Assembly: GCA_002309475.1 (NCBI GenBank)
Contig: DBXJ01000034.1
Location: 5,741-69,740, forward strand
Source: Bacteroidales bacterium UBA1215
Lineage (GTDB): Bacteria; Bacteroidota; Bacteroidia; Bacteroidales; WCHB1-69
Direction: 5' to 3'
Length of the DNA: 64,000 nt
The translations under genes and the position numbers were made by a program. Every line of letters begins with the position of its first letter. Within the stretch, counting starts at the first letter, position 1. Below are positions 53,569 to 63,841 of this stretch, one piece after another. The notes under the pieces were generated by a model. It saw only the letters and a list, made by a program, of their open reading frames with translations. It made no database searches and was not told the origin of the DNA.

Positions 53569-55635
53569 ATGCAAAAAGAAATAAACAACAACCCATTGTT
53601 AAACAACTGGATACTACCTCCTTTTGACAAAATTAAGTCTGAAGATTTTTTGCCAGCCATACAATTTGCTGTCAGCCGAGCCAAACAAGAAATAGATGCA
53701 ATAGTAGCCAATCCTGAAGAACCAACCTTTGAAAATACCATTGTCGCCTTGGACAAAAATGGCATGCTATATAGTGATATTTGCAATATTTTCTATAATC
53801 TTTTGGAAGCAGAATCAAACGAAGAACTACAAGAAATTGCCGAAAAATTGATTCCGATAGAAGTAGAGTTTTCCAACTATATTTTCTTAAATGATGCACT
53901 CTTTCAGAAAATTAAGCATGTTTATCAGAAACGTGATTCTTTAAATTTGGCGGAAGACGCTCTTACACTGCTGACTGACAATTATAAATCGTTTTGCCGT
54001 AATGGTGCCAATTTGAATGCAAACGATAGAAAACGCTACGAAAAATTGGTAGAAGAATTGTCAAAAAAAAGTCTGCAATTCAAAAACAATCTTTTAAGTG
54101 CAACTACTGCATTTGAAATGTATTTTCCTGAAAATGAGAAAGACCAATTAAAAGGACTACCGGAAAACGAATTAGCACTTGCCCATGCAAAGGCATTAGA
54201 AAAATCGCACGACAACGGTTGGTCATTTGACCTATCTATGCCAAGTTACTCCGCATTTATTAAATATGTAGAAAATAGAGATTTACGAAAAAAAATCTAT
54301 TTCGCATATAATAGCCGTGCCTTTGGTGGAAAATTTGACAATTCACAAACTATTTTTGACATTCTCCACTTGCGGAAAGAATTAGCACAACTACTTGGGT
54401 ATCAAACCTATTCTGACTATGTTTTAGAAGAAAGGATGGTAAAATCAAGCAAAGAAGTATTTGATTTTCTTCATCAATTGATCAATATTTTTAAGCCGGT
54501 TTCACAAGAAGAAGTGAAAATGTTGACCGAATTTGCTTATGAAAACCATTTTGAAGGAGAATTGCAAGCCTGGGACTGGTCCTTCTATGCAAATAAATAT
54601 CAACTTGCTCATTTTCAATATGACGAACAAGAAGTAAAACCTTATTTCCAATTAGAAAATGTACAAAAAGGCATTTTTTCGTTAGCCGAACAACTTTATG
54701 GCATTCACATCAAAGAAAATTCAAAAATACCTGTCTATCAAAACGATGTAAAAGCATACGAAATTTTTGAAAACGAAGAAAAGATTGGTACACTCTACAT
54801 GGATTTCTTCCCGAGAAATAGTAAACGCAACGGAGCTTGGATGACATCGTTTAAAGATCAAGGTTTTGATGCTGATGGCAACAAAATACTTCCGATAGTA
54901 TCGCTGGTATTCAATTTTACACCTGCAACTGCTGATATGCCTTCTTTGTTAACCTTCAACGAAGTAAGTACTTTCTTGCACGAATTTGGACACGGTTTAC
55001 ACGGGTTGTTGTCAAAAGTGAGATATAATTCATTGTCAGGAACATCCGTTGTAAGAGATTTTGTTGAATTACCATCTCAAATCATGGAACATTGGGCCAC
55101 CGAAACCGAATTTTTGCAAACATTTGCCTTTCATTATCAAAATCATGAACCTATCAAAGCCGATTTGATAGAAAAAATAAAACTTCACGACAATTTTTTG
55201 TCCGGCTACTACAATATGCGACAATTCACTTTTGGCTTATTAGATATGCAAATGCACAGTCAAAAAACTGATTGGGAAGGAAATTTGGAAGCGATAGAAG
55301 AAAAAATCACACAAATTACACAAGTTTTGCCACATGTAAAAGGCACCTGCATCAGTACAGCTTTTTCACATCTTTTCGGCGGTGGTTATGCATCCGGTTA
55401 TTATGGATATAAATGGGCGGAAATGCTCGCCGATGATGCCTTTGCAGAATTTTCCGACAAGGGTATTTTTTCCAAAGAAACTGCCAAAAGATTTCGGGAA
55501 AACATCCTCTCACAAGGTGGCAATGCCGATGCCATGGAGTTGTATATTCGATTTAAAGGCAAAAAACCTACAATAGATGCCCTTTTAAAACGTTATCTTG
55601 GGGAAAAATACTATCTTTGCAACTTTGTAAAATAA
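53569..55635 (+). CDS. dcp: M3 family metallopeptidase (peptidyl-dipeptidase Dcp / oligopeptidase A type)
   Basis: HEFGH zinc motif with a downstream E (..VELPSQIMEHW..). The ~690-aa length is typical of M3A. Start corrected from 53542. Confidence 0.85.
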   Translation: MQKEINNNPLLNNWILPPFDKIKSEDFLPAIQFAVSRAKQEIDAIVANPEEPTFENTIVALDKNGMLYSDICNIFYNLLEAESNEELQEIAEKLIPIEVEFSNYIFLNDALFQKIKHVYQKRDSLNLAEDALTLLTDNYKSFCRNGANLNANDRKRYEKLVEELSKKSLQFKNNLLSATTAFEMYFPENEKDQLKGLPENELALAHAKALEKSHDNGWSFDLSMPSYSAFIKYVENRDLRKKIYFAYNSRAFGGKFDNSQTIFDILHLRKELAQLLGYQTYSDYVLEERMVKSSKEVFDFLHQLINIFKPVSQEEVKMLTEFAYENHFEGELQAWDWSFYANKYQLAHFQYDEQEVKPYFQLENVQKGIFSLAEQLYGIHIKENSKIPVYQNDVKAYEIFENEEKIGTLYMDFFPRNSKRNGAWMTSFKDQGFDADGNKILPIVSLVFNFTPATADMPSLLTFNEVSTFLHEFGHGLHGLLSKVRYNSLSGTSVVRDFVELPSQIMEHWATETEFLQTFAFHYQNHEPIKADLIEKIKLHDNFLSGYYNMRQFTFGLLDMQMHSQKTDWEGNLEAIEEKITQITQVLPHVKGTCISTAFSHLFGGGYASGYYGYKWAEMLADDAFAEFSDKGIFSKETAKRFRENILSQGGNADAMELYIRFKGKKPTIDALLKRYLGEKYYLCNFVK
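55612..55619 (+). promoter_or_regulatory. -7 promoter box for polA, embedded in the last codons of dcp
   Basis: TATCTTTG lies 21 nt upstream of the polA ATG at 55641 and 14 nt before the dcp stop. Confidence 0.5.
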
Positions 55636-55640
55636 AGAAC

Positions 55641-58355
55641 ATGGAGCAGAAAGAAAAAAAATTGTTTTTATTTGACGCTATGTCATTAATATTTAGGGCA
55701 TACTATGCGTTGAATAAAAATCCACGTCTTACATCAAAAGGTTTGAACACTTCAGCCATATTGGGTTTTACTAATACATTATATGAAGTAATAAAAGCGG
55801 AAAAACCGACACACATGGCAGTGGCATTTGACAGCCACGGACCTACAGTGCGACACGCTGATTTTGAACAATACAAAGCCAATCGAGATGCCACCCCTGA
55901 AGATATTGTAGCATCCTTGCCTTATATTGACGCCATTTTAGATGCTTTCAACATTCCCATACTACGACTAAGCGGCTACGAGGCCGATGATATCATTGGC
56001 ACCTTCGCAAAAAAGGCAGAACAACAAGGTTTTACCACCTACATGATGACTACCGACAAAGATTACGGGCAATTAGTATCAGAAAATATTTTTATATACA
56101 AACCCGCACACAAAGGTTCGGAAATTTCGATATTGGGAGTGAAAGAAATTTGCGAGAAATATTCCATCAACGAACCTGAACAACTGATTGACATTTTAGG
56201 TCTTTGGGGTGACGCTGTTGACAACATCCCCGGCATAAAAGGGATTGGTGAAGTGGGTGCCAAAAATCTCATTAAACAATTTGGCAGCATAGAAAATATG
56301 ATTGCAAATGTTGATTTGATTCGTAATGAAAAACTTAAACAAAAAGTAATAGACGGCAGCGAAGATGCTATCTTGTCAAAATCACTGGCAACCATTATAC
56401 TTGATGTACCTATAGAATTTGACGAACAACAATTGAAATTTGACAAACCAGATGTTGGCAAACTGAAAAAGATTTTTGACGAATTGGAATTCAGAACACT
56501 TTATCAACGTATTATCAAAGATTTCAATTTAGAGCAAACTACCACTAAACCGACCACATTTTCAGATAGTTTGTTCCCTGACTTATTTTCTCAAAGCATC
56601 AACAACTCCCTCAATAGTAACAAGACATACAACCAAATAACCAACATTCAGGAATTGGCAAAATTTATTGAAGATATCAAAACCAAAAATTGTTTTGCAT
56701 TCATTCCTAACATTAAAATTAATATTGACCAAAGCAAAAGTTTATTAGGACTCGCATTTTGCACCGAAAAAGACAAAGCCACTTATGTACAACTTCCCGA
56801 TAGAAAAGAAGCATTAATAGCTTGGCTCAACATCTTGGAAGAAATTTTCACCAACAAGCAAGAAAAAATCACCTACGAACTCAAAAATAGCATCAAAATA
56901 TTCCACACATGTGGCATGGAAATTCAAAATAACTGTTTTGACACTATTTTAGCACACTATATATTAGAACCGGAAGCAAGACACAATATAGAAAATCTTT
57001 CTGACAACTATTTGCATTCCAATTTGATGTATGCCTCCAACAATGATTTTTGGTACTTTTGTGAGCAAGCTGACATTGTTTTTCAATTAAAACCTGTTTT
57101 TGCCAAATTGATGGAAGAACGAGAAGCCACAAAATTGTTCAACGAAATTGAAATGCCGCTGGTGGCGGTATTGGCAGAAATGGAAGAAACCGGAGTGAAA
57201 ATTGACGTAGATTGTTTGAAAAACTATTCTATCGTTTTGGACGAAAGAATCTCCGCTATCAAAAAGGATATTTATGCAATGGCGGGAGAAGAATTCAACA
57301 TCGGGTCTCCCAAACAATTAGGAATTATTCTTTTTGAAAAATTACGCATTATAGATAATGCAAAACTCACTAAATCAAAACAATATCAAACAGGAGAAGA
57401 TATTTTGATAAAATTGGAGAACAAACATCCAATTATCAGTAAAATTTTAGAATTTAGAGGATTAAGCAAATTAAAATCCACTTATGTAGATGCTTTCACC
57501 TTGCTGGTGAACAAGAAAACAGGCAGATTGCACACACAATTCAATCAAACTGTTACAGCCACAGGTCGCTTAAGTTCCAGCAATCCCAATCTACAAAATA
57601 TTCCTATTCGCGATGAAGACGGTAGAGAAATTCGCAAAGCATTTGTTCCCAGCAATCCTCAATACACACTTATCGCTGCTGACTACTCACAAATTGAATT
57701 GCGATTGGCAGCCGTAATGAGCCACGATGAAAATATGCTCAACGACTTTATGCACAATGTTGATATTCATGCTGCCACTTCTGCCAGAATATATAACGTT
57801 GACATAACCGATGTTACAAAAGACATGAGAAGACATGCCAAAGCCGTTAATTTTGGCATCCTATACGGAATGAGTGCCTTTGGGTTGGCAGAAAGACTGA
57901 ATATTTCTCGCACCGAAGCAGCACAATTGATAGAACAATATTTTGAAAAATTTCCAAGCATCAAAGATTATATCAATCAACAAATAGAATTTGCTCAAAA
58001 TCATGGTTACGTAGAAACTATCATGAAACGAAGACGTTACTTGAGAAATATTAATTCCAAGAACAACAATCTACGAAGTTTTGATCAACGAAACGCCGTC
58101 AATGCCCCTATTCAAGGAACGGCTGCCGATTTGATTAAAATTGCCATGATAAACATTTACAGAGATTTGAAAAACAATAATTTGAAGGCTAAAATAATTT
58201 TACAAGTTCACGATGAATTAGTTTTAGACGTACCTTTGGACGAAGTAGAAAAGGTAAAAGAAATTGTCAATAAAAACATGACAACCGTCATCAACATGCC
58301 TATTCCGCTTTCCATTGACATGAAATGTGGACAAAATTGGTTAGAAGCACATTAA
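55641..58355 (+). CDS. polA: DNA polymerase I
   Basis: 5'-nuclease N-domain (LFLFDAMSLIFRAYYA), a central exonuclease-like domain and Pol A motifs DYSQIELRLAA, RRHAKAVNFGILYGMS and LQVHDELVLDV. Start corrected from 55617. Confidence 0.95.
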   Translation: MEQKEKKLFLFDAMSLIFRAYYALNKNPRLTSKGLNTSAILGFTNTLYEVIKAEKPTHMAVAFDSHGPTVRHADFEQYKANRDATPEDIVASLPYIDAILDAFNIPILRLSGYEADDIIGTFAKKAEQQGFTTYMMTTDKDYGQLVSENIFIYKPAHKGSEISILGVKEICEKYSINEPEQLIDILGLWGDAVDNIPGIKGIGEVGAKNLIKQFGSIENMIANVDLIRNEKLKQKVIDGSEDAILSKSLATIILDVPIEFDEQQLKFDKPDVGKLKKIFDELEFRTLYQRIIKDFNLEQTTTKPTTFSDSLFPDLFSQSINNSLNSNKTYNQITNIQELAKFIEDIKTKNCFAFIPNIKINIDQSKSLLGLAFCTEKDKATYVQLPDRKEALIAWLNILEEIFTNKQEKITYELKNSIKIFHTCGMEIQNNCFDTILAHYILEPEARHNIENLSDNYLHSNLMYASNNDFWYFCEQADIVFQLKPVFAKLMEEREATKLFNEIEMPLVAVLAEMEETGVKIDVDCLKNYSIVLDERISAIKKDIYAMAGEEFNIGSPKQLGIILFEKLRIIDNAKLTKSKQYQTGEDILIKLENKHPIISKILEFRGLSKLKSTYVDAFTLLVNKKTGRLHTQFNQTVTATGRLSSSNPNLQNIPIRDEDGREIRKAFVPSNPQYTLIAADYSQIELRLAAVMSHDENMLNDFMHNVDIHAATSARIYNVDITDVTKDMRRHAKAVNFGILYGMSAFGLAERLNISRTEAAQLIEQYFEKFPSIKDYINQQIEFAQNHGYVETIMKRRRYLRNINSKNNNLRSFDQRNAVNAPIQGTAADLIKIAMINIYRDLKNNNLKAKIILQVHDELVLDVPLDEVEKVKEIVNKNMTTVINMPIPLSIDMKCGQNWLEAH

Positions 58356-58358
58356 AAA

Positions 58359-59663
58359 ATGCTGAAGAAAATATTTGGAACTTTCGGAACAAGACTTTTG
58401 TGTGTATTGATATCATTCGGATTGGTGATTGTCAATACTAATTATTTTCATGCAGAAGGAGTTGGAACAATCGGTTTGTTTGTATTAGGCATCAGCATAT
58501 TACAAATTTTTACATCCGTTTTGGGAAGTGATTCCATTGTATATACATTGCCACGATACGACCATTTTCAAATTATCTTTATTGCTTATCTTTCTTCAAT
58601 AATTATCAATTTGATAGGTAGTGGTATCATGTTTATATTCAAACTGATACCCATGGAATATTTTGGTTTGTTTATTTTTTCAACTATTTGTGTATCATTT
58701 TATTCTATAAATATGCAAATTCTTTTATCCAAAAAGAAAATTGCACTTTACAACATTTGTTCGCTTATGCAAATAGTGATGTTGGCAATATGGCTTTGCT
58801 ATTTCATATTTATTAGAAACCATCAGCAAGTTTCTTCCTATTTTATTGCCTACTCACTTTCCTATTTGATAATTACAATTATATCCATAATACCTGCTAT
58901 AAAAGGCACACAATATAAAGGATTTTCCGGTATTTGCGACTTACTAAAACAATTGGCAAAATACGGCATCACCATTCAATTGGCCAATCTTGCACAAATG
59001 CTCAATTATCGATTAAATTATTATATTATAGAATTTTGTTCCGGACGTAAAGCTTTAGGAATATATGATTTAGGAACAAAACTATCTGAATCGATTTGGA
59101 TTTTGCCCAAAAGTATTTCCACTATCCAATATACACATATTTCCAACTGCCATAATGATAAACAATATGCAAAAAAAATCACACTTGCCTTCACAAAACT
59201 ATCCATTTATTTTGCCTTAATAGCCATTATTGTTTTATTATGCCTGCCAAAAGAAATTTTTGCTTTCATTTTTGGTCCCGAATTTATAGAAGTAAAGCCA
59301 GTTTTGTATGTATTGGGAATCGGGATTTTTATTTTTTCTGCTAATGTCATTTTAGCTCATTACTTTTCCGGTTTGGGAAAATTCAAAATCAACACTATTG
59401 CCTCCATTATTGGTTTGATCGTAACGGCAGTTTTAGGATTTGCCTCCATTCCGCTTTTAAAATCTCTTCCCTATTTACAAGCACTAACTCTTGTCGGAAT
59501 TATCACAAGCATTTCTTATACAACAAGTTGTATCTATTCATTCATCTGCTTCAAAAAAGACGCAGATGTAACACTAAAAGATTTTCTTTTACAAAAAGAA
59601 GATTTTTATTTACTGCAAGTAGAAATAAAAAAAACATTTAATCGAAATGAAGAAAAAAGATAA
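58359..59663 (+). CDS. polysaccharide biosynthesis/oligosaccharide flippase (MOP/Wzx-like) family protein
   Basis: A 434-aa polytopic membrane protein with about 12 TM helices, resembling Wzx/MurJ-superfamily flippases. Assigned by topology only. Confidence 0.6.
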   Translation: MLKKIFGTFGTRLLCVLISFGLVIVNTNYFHAEGVGTIGLFVLGISILQIFTSVLGSDSIVYTLPRYDHFQIIFIAYLSSIIINLIGSGIMFIFKLIPMEYFGLFIFSTICVSFYSINMQILLSKKKIALYNICSLMQIVMLAIWLCYFIFIRNHQQVSSYFIAYSLSYLIITIISIIPAIKGTQYKGFSGICDLLKQLAKYGITIQLANLAQMLNYRLNYYIIEFCSGRKALGIYDLGTKLSESIWILPKSISTIQYTHISNCHNDKQYAKKITLAFTKLSIYFALIAIIVLLCLPKEIFAFIFGPEFIEVKPVLYVLGIGIFIFSANVILAHYFSGLGKFKINTIASIIGLIVTAVLGFASIPLLKSLPYLQALTLVGIITSISYTTSCIYSFICFKKDADVTLKDFLLQKEDFYLLQVEIKKTFNRNEEKR

Positions 59664-59743
59664 TGTTGTTTACCTTTGGGACTTGCAATTGAGACAAAAA
59701 CCTCTAATTTGTCTTGAACTGAATTTTATTAATTTCAAAACAC

Positions 59744-60937
59744 ATGAAACAAATTACTAAAAACTGGATAAGTTTGTTTTCTGCCAATTTTTTAGGCATA
59801 TTGAATGACAATTTCATGAAATTCTGCATTGTCTATATTGGAGCAAGTTGGTCATGGCTGAACACCTCACAACTCACAACAGCTGTTTCGGCAGCATTGG
59901 TGATTCCATATCTTACTTTTTCACCTTTAAGTGGAAAAATTGCCGTCAAGTATGCAAAACACAAAATTTTCCGTATTTGCAAATTGCTGGAATTTCCGAT
60001 TGTTGCCATTGCCGGAGTTGGCTTCTATTGCCAAAATATATGGCTCACACTTGTTGCTGTTTTACTCATGGGTATCCAAAGTTGCATGTATTCTCCTACA
60101 AAATACGGACTGATAAAGGAAATTGGCGGAGAAGAAGGTGTTAACTTTGGCAGTGGTGTTTTTGAGACTATGTCGTTTTTGGCCATTTTAACAGGAACTT
60201 TCTTATCTTCATTCCTTTCAGACCATTATATTGTTCATATAGTTGTCGGCTTATTGTTTCTATTTGCTTTTGGCGGCTATTTTATGTGTCGTCTCATTAA
60301 AGTGGAAGAACATCCGGAAAGTGACTATAACGGCACTACCAACCCTATAAAATTTCTAAAACAAGCTTTTCTTTTTGCCAAACAATTTGAAGGTGTCAAT
60401 GCTGGTATTTTCGGCGAATCATCATTCTGGATGATTGCCGGCATTTTGCAAATGAACCTACTTATACATTGTACACAAACTTTAGCACAAAGCAACACCA
60501 CTTCAGGCATTGTTATGACAATTGCCGCTATCGGCATTGCTATCGGCTGCACCGTAACGGGTAAACTTTGCAATATATTCAAACGCAAAACACTAATACT
60601 TACAGGATTGATAGGAATGATACTTTGTATAACATCCATTATCATTTTCAATCCATCTATTATCACATGTGCAATATTGATTTTCATTATTGCCTTTATG
60701 GGCGGTTGTTATGAAGTACCCTGTTTGAGTTTAATACAAAAAGCTAATACCGGACAAAAAAACGGAGACATGCTTGCCTACATGAATTTGATGACTTTTA
60801 TTTTTGTCTTATTGGGAACTTTGTTATTTTTTGCTGTTACACATTTTACACACGAAAATAGCATTGCCGTCTTTATTGCCATAGATGCTATTTGCTTTAT
60901 TTCTTTAATCTTTTTTGCCCCCCAAAAAATATCATAA
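59744..60937 (+). CDS. MFS transporter (LplT-like)
   Basis: 12-TM layout in two 6-TM halves. The N-terminus ..SLFSANFLGILNDNFMKF.. resembles lysophospholipid-transporter-type MFS proteins. Confidence 0.7.
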   Translation: MKQITKNWISLFSANFLGILNDNFMKFCIVYIGASWSWLNTSQLTTAVSAALVIPYLTFSPLSGKIAVKYAKHKIFRICKLLEFPIVAIAGVGFYCQNIWLTLVAVLLMGIQSCMYSPTKYGLIKEIGGEEGVNFGSGVFETMSFLAILTGTFLSSFLSDHYIVHIVVGLLFLFAFGGYFMCRLIKVEEHPESDYNGTTNPIKFLKQAFLFAKQFEGVNAGIFGESSFWMIAGILQMNLLIHCTQTLAQSNTTSGIVMTIAAIGIAIGCTVTGKLCNIFKRKTLILTGLIGMILCITSIIIFNPSIITCAILIFIIAFMGGCYEVPCLSLIQKANTGQKNGDMLAYMNLMTFIFVLLGTLLFFAVTHFTHENSIAVFIAIDAICFISLIFFAPQKIS

Positions 60938-62335
60938 CTTTTCCAACATGCACACATTTTCCACATGTTGCGTATGAGGAAACATATCTACAGGCTGTGT
61001 GGCTATCACCTGATAAGCAGATGACAATAAGGCAATATCTCTTGCCTGTGTAGCGGGATTGCAACTTACATACACTATTCGTTTCGGCATAATCTTCAAT
61101 ATTTGAGCCACCACGTCAGGATGCATACCATTGCGAGGAGGATCGGCTATCAGTATATCAGGTTTTCCATTCTTGGCAATAAAGTCATCGGTAAAAACCT
61201 TTGCCATGTCGCCGACATAAAAAACAGCATTATCTATGTGATTTAAAATTGCATTTTCTTTTGCATTTTCCACTGCAGAATCCACATATTCCACTGCCAC
61301 TACTTTTTTTGCCAATCGTGCCACAAACAAGGCAATAGTGCCGGTACCAGTATATAAATCATATACAATATCTTCCGGCTGTATATTTGCAAAAGTTCGC
61401 ACAGTTTGATACAATTTCAATGCTTGTGAAGCATTGGTTTGATAAAATGCCTGCGGAGCTACATGAAATTGCAAATCCTCCATTTGCTCAGTCATAAAAT
61501 CATTTCCGAAAAACGTATGCACTTCTAAATCTGCAATGCTATCGTTCATTTTATCATTGACAACATACATCAAAGAAGTAATTTGCGGAAAGGTAACACG
61601 CAAAAAATTCATCACCATTTCTAAAAACTTATCTTTGTAGGCAAAGACCACTATTACCATCAAATCTCCGCAAACAGAATTTCGAATAACAACATTCCTT
61701 AGCAAACCTTCATGTGTACGAATATTATAAAACGATATACTATTTTTCAAAGCAAATTCTCGCAAACTATTTCTAATCTGATTGCCGATTTCGCTATGCA
61801 AATCGCAATGATTAATATCCAACACTTTGTCAAATACTCCCGGCAAATGAAAACCTAATCCATTTAAATTCAATTCATCTGCATGTTCCATTTCTTCATT
61901 GGACAGCCAACGACGATTAGAAAAAGTATATTCTATTTTATTGCGATATTGAAAAATATTATCTGATGGCAGAATCGGTTTCAACGGAGGAAAAGAAAAT
62001 TTTCCAATGCGTTCAAAATGATCCTGCACTTGTTTTTGTTTATAGAAAAGTTGGGCTTGATAGTCCATATTTTGCCACTTGCAGCCTCCACAAATACCAA
62101 AATGCTCACACTTTGGCTCCACTCTTTTTTCAGAAGGAACCTTCAATTGTAACAATCTTGCCATATAATAATGATGCTTCTTTTTATAGACTTCCACATC
62201 TACCACATCACCGGGTACAACATTGTTAACAAAAACCACTCTTTCCTCATACTTGCCAATACAAACACCTTCTGCACCTGCATCTAATATCAACAAGTCT
62301 TCTATGGTAAATTTTTCTTTCATCTTTTTTCCCAT
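60932..62335 (-). CDS. rlmD: 23S rRNA (uracil-C5)-methyltransferase RlmD
   Basis: N-terminal TRAM domain, Fe-S cysteines CEHFGICGGCKWQ and a SAM methyltransferase with DLYTGTGTI and ADPPRNG. Confidence 0.9.
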   Translation of the reverse strand: MGKKMKEKFTIEDLLILDAGAEGVCIGKYEERVVFVNNVVPGDVVDVEVYKKKHHYYMARLLQLKVPSEKRVEPKCEHFGICGGCKWQNMDYQAQLFYKQKQVQDHFERIGKFSFPPLKPILPSDNIFQYRNKIEYTFSNRRWLSNEEMEHADELNLNGLGFHLPGVFDKVLDINHCDLHSEIGNQIRNSLREFALKNSISFYNIRTHEGLLRNVVIRNSVCGDLMVIVVFAYKDKFLEMVMNFLRVTFPQITSLMYVVNDKMNDSIADLEVHTFFGNDFMTEQMEDLQFHVAPQAFYQTNASQALKLYQTVRTFANIQPEDIVYDLYTGTGTIALFVARLAKKVVAVEYVDSAVENAKENAILNHIDNAVFYVGDMAKVFTDDFIAKNGKPDILIADPPRNGMHPDVVAQILKIMPKRIVYVSCNPATQARDIALLSSAYQVIATQPVDMFPHTQHVENVCMLEKL

Positions 62336-62338
62336 ACG

Positions 62339-63727
62339 CTATTTTGGCACATTAACATTGGTTGTTGCATTGGATTTAACAACAAATACATGCTCCCAAG
62401 TCTTTATTGTTTGATATTCTTTATCTTTTCTAAATACCACTTTGTAGGTTCCGGGTTGCAACATGATGGACTCTGAAGTGTCATCACTTCGTAAATTATA
62501 AATCCATTCATCTTTGCCATCTTTAACAACATAGAGACTTCCATATCCGAATTCTCCTTTTTGAATAATGGCAACTCCGGGATCTGCTACTTTTATCTGT
62601 GTGGTATAACTTTGACTTACATCTACATTATTGATATAAACACGTGGCAAACACAAAATTTCCAAATCGTATTTTCCTGTCAAATATTTTTCTGCAATAT
62701 TAAAATATTGTACGTTGACAATTTCTGCACTTCCTGATTTTCTAACTATCACCGGAACAGAATTATAACGAGTACTTTTGGCGGTTGTGGTCTTCACCAA
62801 TAAATTACCTTGCGGTACATCAATCGGAATTACCGTATGTGTCCCCGGATTCAGTTTCACATGTTCTACTTCCACAGGCGGTAAAGTATGCACTTTTATA
62901 CGGTATGAAGGCATCGCATTCAAATACAAGGTGTCAGGCAATCCACGAGGATTCATAGTATGGATATAATTGTATGCCAATGTGTTATTCGACTCATCAA
63001 TAAACGACATATTTACATTTGACTCAGTAGGTTTTCCGTTAGCATCTAATAGACTTACTTGGCAAGTTGTTTTGTTAAAAATTTGCTCAATAATGATTGT
63101 CAATGCTTGGTCAAAGGCCTTTTCGCTACTTGCATCAAGATAGTTGCCGACACAACTTAAATCCAATGTTTGCCCCGTACCAATGCCAATGATAAACGGC
63201 TTTAACATAATACCTTTACGTTGCAAAGCTTGCGATACTTCACAAGGATTGCCAGAACATTCTTCTATACCATCAGTTATCAAAATGATGATATTTCTGC
63301 TATTGGTAGCGGAAGCAAAATCCTGTTCGGCAGCCGCCAACGACATTGCTATGGGCGTTGTCCCCTTGGGACGAATGGTTTTTAATTTCTGCTGGATTCT
63401 TTGAAAATTATTTGGACCAAATGGAACTTCCAACTTGGTATCATTGCAATTGTGTAATTTGTATTCATATTGATGACCATAAACACGTAATGCCAATTCC
63501 ACATTCGGATAATTTTCCAAACTATCTATCATTTTGGATAACAATCGGTTCGCAATGTGAATTTTCTTATCACTCTGCCAATCCCCCCACATGCTATTAG
63601 ATGCATCAAAAATAAATAATATTCGTGTTTTGGGTTGTTGAGAACTTAAATATGTGGTCTGGGCTTTTGCCAATATTCCACACATGCCTAACAACATCAA
63701 ACTTAACAAGATTTTTTTACAATACAT
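62339..63727 (-). CDS. secreted von Willebrand factor A (VWA) domain protein
   Basis: Signal peptide MYCKKILLSLMLLGMCGILAKAQ, MIDAS motif ILFIFDASNSMWG and C-terminal beta-rich domains. Start corrected from 63754, which reads through the promoter. Confidence 0.8.
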   Translation of the reverse strand: MYCKKILLSLMLLGMCGILAKAQTTYLSSQQPKTRILFIFDASNSMWGDWQSDKKIHIANRLLSKMIDSLENYPNVELALRVYGHQYEYKLHNCNDTKLEVPFGPNNFQRIQQKLKTIRPKGTTPIAMSLAAAEQDFASATNSRNIIILITDGIEECSGNPCEVSQALQRKGIMLKPFIIGIGTGQTLDLSCVGNYLDASSEKAFDQALTIIIEQIFNKTTCQVSLLDANGKPTESNVNMSFIDESNNTLAYNYIHTMNPRGLPDTLYLNAMPSYRIKVHTLPPVEVEHVKLNPGTHTVIPIDVPQGNLLVKTTTAKSTRYNSVPVIVRKSGSAEIVNVQYFNIAEKYLTGKYDLEILCLPRVYINNVDVSQSYTTQIKVADPGVAIIQKGEFGYGSLYVVKDGKDEWIYNLRSDDTSESIMLQPGTYKVVFRKDKEYQTIKTWEHVFVVKSNATTNVNVPK

Positions 63728-63742
63728 TGCTCTAATTTTTTG

Positions 63743-63750
63743 CAAAGATA
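63743..63750 (-). promoter_or_regulatory. -7 promoter box for the VWA/rlmD operon
   Basis: caaagata is the revcomp of TATCTTTG, 15 nt upstream of the ATG at 63727. Confidence 0.5.
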
Positions 63751-63813
63751 ACATTTTTTGTTGAATTGAATAAAAAAAAATAGTTTTTGCTTTGTTATCA
63801 AATAAAAATTGAC

Positions 63814-63821
63814 TATTTTTG
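63814..63821 (+). promoter_or_regulatory. -7 promoter box for the terminal lipoprotein gene
   Basis: TATTTTTG lies 20 nt upstream of the ATG at 63842. Confidence 0.45.
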
Positions 63822-63841
63822 CATATTTAAAATTCACTATT

